Of a stretch of 64,000 nucleotides of DNA, positions 53,875-64,000 are shown piece by piece. Positions within the stretch are counted from its first letter, which is position 1, and every line of letters starts with the position of its first letter. Made by a program: the position numbers and the translations under genes. Source of the DNA: Octopus bimaculoides (lineage: Eukaryota); contig NC_068984.1 in NCBI RefSeq assembly GCF_001194135.2, positions 18,103,235-18,167,234 of the forward strand. Direction: 5' to 3'. The notes under the pieces were generated by a model. The model saw only the letters and a list, made by a program, of their open reading frames with translations, did not search any database and was not told the DNA's origin.

Positions 53875-54440
53875 CATCATCATCACTGTTTAACATCTGC
53901 TTTCCATGTTGGCATGTGTTGGACGATTTGACTGAGGACTGGCAAACCAGATGGCTGCACCAGGCTCCAATCTGATCTGTCAGAGTTTCTACAGCTGGAT
54001 GCCCTTCCTAATGCCAACCACTCCGATAATGTAGTGGGTGCTTTTACGTGCCACCGACATGAGGGCCAGTCAGGCGGTACTGGCAATGGCCAGACTCAAA
54101 TGGTGTTTTTTACCTGCCACCTGCACTGGCAACAACCTTGCTCGAATATTTTTTTTTTTACGTGCCACCAGCACAAGTGCCAGTAAGGTAACACTGTAAT
54201 GATCACGCTTGAATGATGCTTCTTACGTGCCACCGGCATGAGAGCTAGTCAGCTGCTCTAGCAAGGATCACACTTGGATGATGCTCTTAGCACTCTACTC
54301 GCACAGATGCCAGTCATGTGGTGCTGTCATCGAATTTGATTTTGATTTCGATTTCCTCAACAGGTCATCGCAAGCAGAGTTTAGTGCCCAATGAAGGAAA
54401 AGTACACATAAGTGGGCTTTGTACAATATTTAGATATTGT
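53875..54440 (-). mobile_element. Family B retroposon with internal tandem units
   Basis: Tail, core and four ttacgtgccacc-like units, as in 35618-36062. Confidence 0.9.
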
Positions 54441-54779
54441 AACATTTGAAACTGCTGCTGCTGCTACTGTTTGATATTTGAACGCATATGTCTCTCTTCT
54501 GTTTTTTAAAAATCCTTTTCCCTTAGTTCTGGTTGCAGTTTAAACTTACTAAAGAGAACTATGTAGTGAGTGAGGTATACACTCAGGTATTCGTGTCCTT
54601 TGTCTGGCTTATCACCTTCAAGTTTGACCATGCTGGGCACATTTATGAATCCACTGTTGTCATCAAAGGATGGCATCTTTTTTATTCCTCCAAGCATTTT
54701 GCTCTAAGAGGCAGAATCAATTTCAATTTATTTCATAGCAGTAGTTATAATAGTAATAATAATAATAATGGTTTTGAAT

Positions 54780-54930
54780 TGAGCACAGAGCCAGCAATTT
54801 TTGAGAGAGAGAACATTAGTCATTAATATTGACTCTAGTGCCTGACTTGGTGTTTTTTTTTTATCAACCCTCCAAAAGGATGAAAGGCAAAGCTGACCTT
54901 AGTGAGATTTGAACTCTAAACATAAAATTG
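54780..54930 (-). mobile_element. SINE family F fragment
   Basis: ccaaaaggatgaaaggcaaagctgaccttagtgagatttgaactc. Confidence 0.7.
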
Positions 54931-55231
54931 TGGTGTGATGGGGTGGGGATTTGTAACTTTTTTTTCCAATGTTCAAGTTTGCCAGCTCACCTTCAATAAT
55001 GATAATAATAACAATAGAAGAAGAGGAGGAAGAAGAATTGATTTCTTTTATTGGCCACTGAGACCCAGGACATTGAGGACAATATCAATAATAATAATAA
55101 TGATGATGATGATCCAATAACAGAATCATGTTTCATTAAAATTTTATAATAATTGCTACTGAAAAAAAAAAACAAAAAAACTATGAAATAGTTCAAACAT
55201 AATTCTGCTATTAGAATTATAATTGCTGCTT

Positions 55232-55264
<33 letters not shown>

Positions 55265-55322
55265 GCATGATGTTACGCTAAAAGAGATAGACATAAAAAG
55301 TAAATTAATAATTTGAATTTTT

Positions 55323-55609
55323 CATCTGCTTTCCATGTTGGCATGTGTTGGACGATTTGACTGAGGACTGGCAAACCAGATGGCTGCACCAGGCTCCAAT
55401 CTGATCTGTCAGAGTTTCTACAGCTCCCCCATCTCTCCTTCTCTCACTGCACACACATGTGCGCGCGTGTGTGTATACAATTCATCACACACTAAAAAAT
55501 GCATATACGTATGATCATACACATATTAGCATAAGCATACATAGGTGTACATTCACACAAATACAAAGGCTTCAGCCAAGGGAAACCACTATGAAAAATA
55601 ATTGAACTT
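55323..55609. repeat. Chimeric local duplication
   Basis: 55323-55425 is identical to 53894-53996. 55424-55609 matches 55858-56043 with one mismatch. Confidence 0.9.
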
Positions 55610-57457
55610 ACCTTACATTTTTTTCTATAACCTCTGTTGTAGAAAACACAGTCCTGTCTGCGGACAAGAAGCCTGTTTCTTAGCTATATGGTTCTGGGTT
55701 TAGCACCACTGTGTTACACCAAATGTCTTCTACTATAGTCTTGTGTGTGTGTGTGTGTGTGTACCACTGTGTGCTTGTGCTTGTCCAAAAACCTGAATGG
55801 ATGTCACTGCTAAGAGATTTTCTCTTTTGAACAAAAAGTCAAGAAATTTTATCTCACCTCCCCCATCTCTCCTTCTCTCACTGCACACACATGTGCGCGC
55901 GTGTGTGTATACAATTCATCACACACTAAAAAATGCATATACGTATGATCATACACATATTAGCATAAGCATACATAGGTGTACATTCACACAAATACAA
56001 AGACTTCAGCCAAGGGAAACCACTATGAAAAATAATTGAACTTTTGACCTTTGTTTAACCATGTCTCTTTGACAGAAATTCCCTTGGCCAAAATACTGAG
56101 CACTGAATTCTTTTACACACACATTCAGTCTTTTGTTTTCGTCATTTTTGTTTTATTTCTTTGCTTTCTTTAATATGCACACACACATAAAATACATTGT
56201 ATTGAAATAAAAAAGTTTCCCCAAAATTAAGCATATACAAAGTATATAGCAACTCACACACAAACATATGCACACATATATACATTCAGTTCACCATACA
56301 CTTAAACAGCCACATACATACTCTCACACACACAAATATTTTACCCAAACATACCCATAAACACTCCCAGATATGCACATACATACATGCATACATACAC
56401 TAAAAATACCAGCAAGGCTGACCCAAGCAATTTTGGATGAATGGTTTTATCTTTTGGTATCTTGTATCGCTAAAGTGTAAAAGGTATGTTCTTTTATTAA
56501 GGAGCATTTTTATGTAGATTTATTTTAAACTTCAGGGAGACCACCTTCATGAAATTTCGCAGTATAGGATGTGGCTTCCTTGAGCGTGGTGCCCCCTTGG
56601 GTGTGGAGGCTGATTGGGAGCAGTCGGTCCAGTTGGCTTAAGGCCGGCCCTGTGTCACATGGTCAACTACTTCTGTTCTGCATCTGCAACTGGTCTTTCA
56701 GTTTTCTGTATTTTCATCTCTAGATTTCTTTTCTTTTTATTTTGAAAGAAAATAACTTTTTTTTTTATAAATAATTTTCTGTGTATTTATAAATCAAATT
56801 GATAACTTCAACAACAAATACTTTTCTGACATTAATTTTAAAATGCTCTCGTTTAAATTTATCCTAAATATACTCTCCATTTTTGGTAGTTCTATCTTGG
56901 GATTAGAAATTATACTATAGAAAGCTTTGAATGTTTAATTCAAAAAATAACATGACTCTGTCTCCAGGGTAGATCTTTTAATATATTTCTCCTGTTGAAA
57001 CTGTTTTCTTAATCTGTGAGGGGGGAAAAGACAATTTATCAGTAAGTTCATGTCTAATCGTATTTATGGTCGAAAATCTTCTTCCTTACATCTTAGTTAT
57101 CATTAAATTATTGTAATTTGCTTTACTGAAAGGTTTTATACAAACCTATTTATTTATATTTAGCTGTAGTTTATAGAAACTAGAATAGCTTTGCATTTAT
57201 ATATATTGAGAAAAATGGTTGATGAAACCACTAATGCCATACAGTATTTGATGTTATAAAGTATAAAAAGCCATTTACTGATGAATCATGTCACCAATCT
57301 CGTCTGCTTGAGAATAAAAGTTTATGCTACTGAGTAGAATGTCTAGCCAACTCTCAGATATAAGAGGTGTGTGTTTGTGTGTTTCTAGAAAAATCTCTTG
57401 ATGCTTTGTTGGCTGAAAGCCTACTAATGTGTTGCCAGTTTATGATTTACATTGCAG

Positions 57458-57505
57458 CATTCAATTCCAAGACATCATCGAACACCAGGCTATAATTCTT
57501 ATCAA
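57458..57505 (+). CDS. Candidate exon HSIPRHHRTPGYNSYQ (alternative frame AFNSKTSSNTRL*)
   Basis: tactaat at 57422-28, about 30 nt before the attgcag acceptor; possible donor CAA|gttaac is weak. Confidence 0.25.
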
Positions 57506-57889
57506 GTTAACTCCCATACATTTCCAGTGGTGTTTTGATCATGTTGACTTTTAATATATTAGGCTAGCTTTCTGATAGACTTGGCCTGTGTTTACTGATT
57601 ACAGAATAACTGTTGGTCGAAAGCCAGATAATTTTTCATTAGGTTGCGAATACTTGTAACTATGCCATATTTGGAAAACCCGCATCATAAAATAGATTTA
57701 ACATAAAATAGAAAAAGATCCAAACACGGATCAAATATCTCTTCCTGTAGATTCCTAACAATTTAAAGTTGATTATTTTACAAAGTTAATACTTTTACAT
57801 ATTGTTTAATATTCATTAAAGTAAATTTTCTGTAGATGATTAATGACTTATGCAATTACAACATAATCATGTGCATTGTTGTTGCTGGT

Positions 57890-58075
57890 GCTTACCTTTG
57901 GTTAAGTAGACTTATGATCAAAAGCATTCCAGTTGTGACCATCTCACCTTCATTTTAGATGTAATGTAACTAGGACCATCGTATGCAATGAGTCCCTTTT
58001 TTTAAAGACAGTGAGCTATGATTTCGCAGATATTGGTTGCTATTTCTTCTATATCAACCAGGTAGAGTGAGGTCT
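57890..58075 (-). mobile_element. Interspersed repeat family E
   Basis: gacttatgatcaaaagcattccagttgtgacc...ttggttgctatttct is the reverse complement of 8295-8485-like sequence. Confidence 0.55.
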
Positions 58076-58714
58076 TCATTGATTTAACCTGTATAATTAT
58101 ACAGTTAAGCATGGGTCAGCATTCTTAATGTAGTGAATCTAAACAAATGTTTAATCAACTGAAATTATACACTTGCAATGAGAATAAAGTCATTAATGTT
58201 AATGTTAATGACTAGTCTTCTCAATAAGAGCAAAGGGGAGAGAACTTTGAAGTATAAATTGATTAAAAACTAAATAGATACATGCAGCAGAAAGTGTGTC
58301 TGATTTTTGGTGCTGATATAGTGTAATGTCTTAATATTGTTTTGCTGAAGCAGAGTGGTGAGAGGTTTAAAAGGAATTTGTAATAAAACAGTTTCAATGT
58401 AAATGAAGTTTTGCCTACTTTTAAGATGATAGTCAAATTTATGAGAACATGTATTTGTTGAACAATTTTTTTTTATGGCACTAAGCCAATTTTCTAGAAA
58501 GTATTTATCACAAATTTGCAATTTTATAGCAATTTTGTGATAAATATTTCATTTCCTTTTTAAATTTATTTTTATTGGCTTTAGCAAAACTAAATCTGTA
58601 ACTGTGGTCAATATACTATGTTAAAATTAATTATAGTCATATACTATGCTAGAGCTACAGATATCAGTTTTCTATATTTGTTCAATAATCTATGATGAAA
58701 ATATTTTTTAAATA

Positions 58715-59072
58715 GACATAGGCATGGCTCTGTGGTAAGAAGCTTGCTTCGTAACCACATGGTTCCAGGTTCAGTCCCACTGCATGGCACTTTGGGCAAG
58801 TGTCTTCTACTACAACCTCAGGCTGACCAAAGTTTTGTGAGTAGATTTCAAAACTGAAAGAAGCCTGTTTGTGTGTGTGTAACTATGTATGTGTATCTTT
58901 GTATCTGTTTGTCCCCTGCCACTGCTTGACAACAGGTGTTGGTGTGTTTACGTTCCTCTAACCTAACAGTTCAGCAAAAGTACTCAGTTCAACTCATTTG
59001 ATTAAGAATTCTTCATGGTGATGCCCCCGCATGGCCACAGTCTATTGAATGAAACATGTAAAAGATAAAAGA
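58715..59072 (+). mobile_element. SINE family A, near full length
   Basis: aggcatggctctgtggtaagaagcttgc...gcatggccacagtctattgaatgaaacatgtaaaagataaaagat. Confidence 0.9.
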
Positions 59073-59893
59073 TATTCATTTACTCTGAAAATAGCCAAAA
59101 ATAGCCATATGTGTCTGTTTGTTTGTGCATGCATAGATTTGTTATGCATATGTACAGATTTGTGTGTGTGTGTGTGTGTGTAAGTTGATGTTTAAGTATA
59201 TGTTCATGAGTGTATGTATGAGAATTCAAATTCAACCAGAAATAAATCTTTTGAAAAGTTAATGCTGATGCAAGCATTGAAGGCAATTCTTTATCAATTA
59301 CAATGGTGTGAACGATTCAAGCCACACACAGATGAATTGCAAATGTAATTCCATGTTGTCTTCATCTGTAATTAAATCTCACTATACATATAACTTGTAA
59401 TAAAAAATTATGTTGTACAAATACACTCTAAACGAAGACATTGAAAGTCTGTAAAAAACACAGAACGCNNNNNNNNNNNNNNNNNNNNNNNNNNNNNNNN
59501 NNNNNNNNNNNNNNNNNNNNNNNNNNNNNNNNNNNNNNNNNNNNNNNNNNNNNNNNNNNNNNNNNNNNNNNNNNNNNNNNNNNNNNNNNNNNNNNNNNNN
59601 NNNNNNNNNNNNNNNNNNNNNNNNNNNNNNNNNNNNNNNNNNNNNNNNNNNNNNNNNNNNNNNNNNNNNNNNNNNNNNNNNNNNNNNNNNNNNNNNNNNN
59701 NNNNNNNNNNNNNNNNNNNNNNNNNNNNNNNNNNNNNNNNNNNNNNNNNNNNNNNNNNNNNNNNNNNNNNNNNNNNNNNNNNNNNNNNNNNNNNNNNNNN
59801 NNNNNNNNNNNNNNNNNNNNNNNNNNNNNNNNNNNNNNNNNNNNNNNNNNNNNNNNNNNNNNNNNNNNNNNNNNNNNNNNNNNNNNNNNNNNN

Positions 59894-60015
59894 GAACAGG
59901 TGAGGGTTGGCAGCGGGAAGGATATCTGACTGTAGAAAATCTGCCTCAATAAACTCCGTCTGACCCATGAAACCATGGAAAAGTGGATGATAAAATACCG
60001 ATGATGATGATGATA
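59894..60015 (+). mobile_element. Family B2 3' end
   Basis: gaacaggtgagggttggcagcgggaagg...catggaaaagtggatg...gatgatgatgat. Confidence 0.8.
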
Positions 60016-60164
60016 AAAGATTTGTAACTATAGTTACTCATTATTATAATGAAAAGCAATATTAAATGGAGATACCTCTGAAGAAAAGGAGGATATCCCT
60101 TTACCTATATTGTGCACTAAATTTATTAGAATAACAAGGGAATCGTTTGTATCCTTCAACACCA

Positions 60165-60580
60165 TCATCATCCGCTTTCCATGCTGGCATGGGTTGGACA
60201 GTTTGACTGAGGACTCGCACGCCAGGAGGCTGTACCAGACTCCAATCTGATCTGGCAAGGTTTCTACAGCTGGATGTCCTTTTTAATGCCAACCACTCCA
60301 AGAGTGTAGTAGGTGCTTTTTACATACCACTTGGACTGGGGCCAGTCAGGTGATCATGGCATCAACCATACTCAAATGGAGCTTTTTATGTGTCACCAGC
60401 ACGGGAGCTAGTCAGGTGGCACTGGTGTTGGTGATGACAATGGTTTCACTTGACTCAGCAGGTGTCCTCAAGCACAGTATGCTACTCAATGATTGAAGTT
60501 TACTCATAAATGGGCCGGTTATGCAACACTGGCATAGGCCATGGTTATGGTCTCACTTGGCTTGCCGGGTCTTCTAGAGT
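60165..60580 (-). mobile_element. Family B retroposon
   Basis: Tail, core and 5' extension matching 3705-3830. Confidence 0.85.
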
Positions 60581-60710
60581 TTATTCATTTCCAAAATAAT
60601 GTCCAATAAATCTTTTAGGCTACATTTTATATTAACTATGATACTGAAGTCTGTTATTCTAAATAACTTTACTAATGTGTTGTAAAACAATCTAGATTCC
60701 AATTATTCAC

Positions 60711-60832
60711 CTTGTGTGAGAATATGTAACCATCATCTCTATTAAAACCCCTTGCAAGATAGAAAATTTTATATAAAGGAGATGTCTTATAAATTCCAAT
60801 AGCTCCACATACTTCAACCCCTTTGTGAAACA
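60711..60832 (-). CDS. Candidate 122-nt exon, VFHKGVEVCGAIGIYKTSPLYKIFYLARGFNRDDGYIFSHK
   Basis: ttcttcatag acceptor, open frame, and AAG|gtgaat donor. A second frame is also open. Could instead be a transposon remnant. Confidence 0.35.
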
Positions 60833-61282
60833 CTATGAAGAAATTAAACTGTTTGTTTCCATTTTTAAAAATCCTGATTAACTTATCAAAATCTAGAAGC
60901 AATTTCCTTGTGCGCATAATGATTTTAATATCAGATTTATTTACTAGTGCTTCTCATTTTCGAATGAGATTCTTTGGAATAGTGGTTCCACAGATTAAAT
61001 ACAATCTACTACTCTCACTAATATTCTCAAGCATCGAAAGTAGACAAAGAAATTATTCTGTGATAATAGAACACACTTATACCACTTTGTGATGCAAGAA
61101 TACATAACTGTACATCCATGTGCACACACTACTGCACACACACACATGTGCGAGCACACACCCATAACTGCCTTATTATGATGCACACATTAATTTATTG
61201 GATGTTCTGCTTTATAAGTGATGTCACTAACACTTAAATTTAGCTTTGAATGTATGACTTGTTGTTGTTATATGTTATATTA

Positions 61283-61492
61283 GTGAACAGGGATGCTGTC
61301 TTTAGATTTGGTAACAACAAGTCTCCTCAAATCTCTTACATAATACAGGATTGCATTTTTCTGCAGGTCAACAACGTGTGTCTTAACTCCAATAGCATAC
61401 ACTCTCTTAGGTAGAAGACTGGGTATTGTACCAAGTACACCAATTATCACAGGAATAATTGTTGTTTTAGTCTTCTGCAATCGCATCATCAC
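61283..61492 (-). mobile_element. REL-endonuclease non-LTR retrotransposon (R4/NeSL-like) C-terminal remnant
   Basis: KTKTTIIPVIIGVLGTIP...AIGVK...DLQKNAILYYVRDLRR matches the typical end ..VPVVIGALG.IP...LQK.ALL...ILR. Confidence 0.8.
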
Positions 61493-61535
61493 TCTGGCTA
61501 GGTCCTTCTATTTTCAGTTTTTTTTCTAATTTTTA

Positions 61536-61544
<9 letters not shown>

Positions 61545-61570
<26 letters not shown>

Positions 61571-61735
61571 NNNNNNNNNNTTATTGAGTGAGAGCGTAGT
61601 GCATGCCATCAAAAGGGACGCTGGAGTAAAATGTATGAAACCCAGTTTGCCCATCACGACTACCTGTCTGATAAGGGTACACCAGGCACATGCATCACAA
61701 CATGGTGATCTCATATCAAGGTAAGCAGTGCATAC
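61545..61735 (-). mobile_element. Retroposon 3' end with (AAT)n tail
   Basis: (ATT)n then gagtgagagcgtagtgcatgccatcaaa...gggtacaccaggcacatgcatcacaac, next to the REL-type fragment. Confidence 0.55.
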
Positions 61736-62940
61736 ATATAAATGTATACATATGCACACACACAGAGTTGAAGCACTGTTTGATTTTTTTTTTTTCACTT
61801 TTCTGTACCCTTTTCATATATAAAATACTACAATTAATTGTTCTTTTTAACAGTACGGGGGTCAGCTAGTAATAACGATAATACTGCAAAGCAGTGGAAA
61901 GTTCTAAATGTTCTTGTTGTCACTGTTAATGCTCATTAGTTTAGCTAGCTGAGCTCTTTCTTAGTTATTGCAAATGGCTTTACTATGAATGTCTTTAGAA
62001 ACTTTAGATTATTCAGATGACAACTTGTAATCTGCTATAACATGAACAGAAGAGTAACATTTGAAGCATTTCATTTCAGCAGACTATTATAAATTCTAAG
62101 CTGCACCCTGCTAGCTCTCTTTGCACACTTGTGCAGCTGCCTACCTTAAAATGTCAATCATTTAGTGGAAACGAACCTATATATCAACAAGATTTATCTT
62201 CCCCAACACCACCACCACCACCACCACCAGCAGCAGCCTTCTCTGCATCAAAATGAATTTGTCTGCCAACATCTAACATGAGATGAAACCGCTGAAAATA
62301 CAGTGAGGTACTAAAAGAATAGCAGATATAACGATCAGGTCAGGTATCTCTCTGGTATGAACAGGGTGGAGAGAGAGAAGGAAGAAATAGCTACCAGTTT
62401 GATCTATCAGACTGAGAACCTCTCTACACTGTCACTCAACTGTACACCTGTATGACACTCACGTGCATACATGTACATACAGTTGTATGGCACAAACACA
62501 CTGTATGAGATGCTAACATACACCTACAACTCTGTCACACAACATCATACAACACAAGCATTTATTGACTGTTAACCTTATTTATAAATGATATTATTAA
62601 ATAATTAAAATTAATTGAATGTGTCCGTGAGAGACAACCAAAAATTGTAAATGTTCTTATTTGTCACTGTTAGTACTCATTAGTAAAGAAAGCTTCCTCT
62701 CTCTCTCTCTCTCTCTGTTGCAAACACAAGAAATGGGGCGTAAAAAGGTATCTTGAAAAAATTGTGTTGCACAGAGGGTAGTTTATTGGGTGACCAGTCA
62801 CGTGAAGTGAGCTTTAAAATTGGAGATGGGGGGAATGAAATCTTAATATTTTCTGTCACTTTCTCACATTAATATGAAAACTCAGGATTAATGTAAGTTT
62901 ATATAGCAATTAATGACATAATTAATTACATAAGAGTTAT

Positions 62941-63117
62941 GTAATTAACTTCATTATCTTACAGCTGTTTCTGCAGTACAAAACTGCACTTAGAGCTGAA
63001 TGCTTGTGCAACATCCTATAACTTCTGGTTCTGAGGAAGCAATAAGATGTTGCACAAGCACTCAGTTTTCAATGCACAGCATAGCAGAAATAACTGTAAG
63101 TTAATGAAAGTGATTAC
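62941..63117. mobile_element. Fold-back element with ~85-bp arms, each ending in a decayed hammerhead-like motif
   Basis: cttacagctgtttctgc...tgcttgtgcaacatc pairs with gatgttgcacaagca...gcagaaataactgtaag. Confidence 0.75.
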
Positions 63118-63382
63118 ATTACTCCTGTTCTTTTGCTGTTCATTAATTGATATTCTGCTCTGTACTTGCTTAATGCTTTACTGTAAAGCATAAGTAAATT
63201 TAGTTTCTAAAAACTGGTTATTAGTATCACTATACCTAAGTGAAATCATTGTATATACTTGTGAATTTTTGCAGAGAAAAGGTTACTAGTGACATCAGAG
63301 TCACTATCAGCATTACTAAATATATACTCTACTAAAAAGTATTGAGCAGTTGTTCAGTTTAATGTTCAGTGTGTGTGTATAT

Positions 63383-63520
63383 GAGAAGTTTCTTTCTGCT
63401 TCTGTCTGCTGAATTCACTTGCAGAGTCTTGGTTAGCTCAAGGCTATAGTGAAAAATACTTGCTCAAGGTGCTGCACAGTGGGACTGAATCCAGAACCAT
63501 GTGGTTGGGAAGCAAATTTG
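63383..63520 (-). mobile_element. SINE family A, 5' half
   Basis: aaggctatagtgaaaaatacttgctcaaggtgctgcacagtgggactgaatccagaaccatgtggttgggaagc. Confidence 0.8.
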
Positions 63521-63557
63521 TTTTATTGTATGTTATAGTAGGCTTTAAAATGCATGC

Positions 63558-63589
<32 letters not shown>

Positions 63590-63685
63590 ACATATATATG
63601 TATGTATGTATACATATATATGTATGTATGTATACATATATATGTATGTATGTATACATATATATGTATGTATGTNNNNNNNNNN

Positions 63686-63772
63686 TTTAACGTCCGCTTT
63701 CCATGCTAGCATGGGTTGAACGATTTGACTGAGGACTGGTGAAACCGGATGGCAACACCAGGCTCCAATCTA
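63686..63772 (-). mobile_element. Family B tail fragment inside a TA/TG microsatellite field
   Basis: tttaacgtccgctttccatgctagcatggg...caccaggctccaatct, nearly identical to 40205-40415. Confidence 0.85.
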
Positions 63773-64000
63773 TGCATGTATACATATATATGTATATATA
63801 TATGCATACATATGTATATATATATATATATATATGCATACATATATATGTATACATGTGTGTGTGTGTATACATATGTATGCATATGTATATATATATA
63901 CATATATGTATATGTGTGTGTGTGTGTATATATGTGTATTTATATATATGTGTGTGTATATACAAGTATATATATATATGTGTATATATATGTCATCATC

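Noticed and set aside
56534-56655. GC-rich patch ending aggccggccctg, like a hAT MITE terminus
   Set aside because: The left terminus is poor and no 8-bp TSD was found.
60075-60112. CTGAAGA followed by an AAAGG/CCTTT hairpin
   Set aside because: GAAA is missing after the stem.

Overview
AT-rich, repeat-dense animal genomic DNA from a gapped draft assembly with nine N-runs. The SINE/LINE families look like those of Octopus (coleoid cephalopod); this is my recognition of repeat sequence, not a database result. There is no long intact ORF, rRNA, true tRNA gene or CRISPR array. Almost all ORFs in the supplied track come from microsatellites, N-runs or decayed repeats. The window looks mostly intronic or intergenic, with a few short candidate exons of an unidentified gene. 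It also holds fossils of Gypsy, RTE, CR1, REL-type, Helitron, Tc1/mariner and hAT elements, several SINE families, and MITEs with clean target-site duplications (TSDs). The most notable signal is a set of minimal Type I hammerhead ribozymes with palindromic stem III, in or near long fold-back elements (Penelope/retrozyme-like). One has an intact core at 37976-38046 (+), and its cleavage site lies within a few bases of the start of one arm of a ~160-bp inverted repeat. A second is convergent at 38388-38436 (-), and a decayed inverted pair lies at 62941-63117. A two-template chimeric insertion (55323-55609) and several nested insertions also stand out. Repeat boundaries are read by eye and approximate unless a TSD fixes them.
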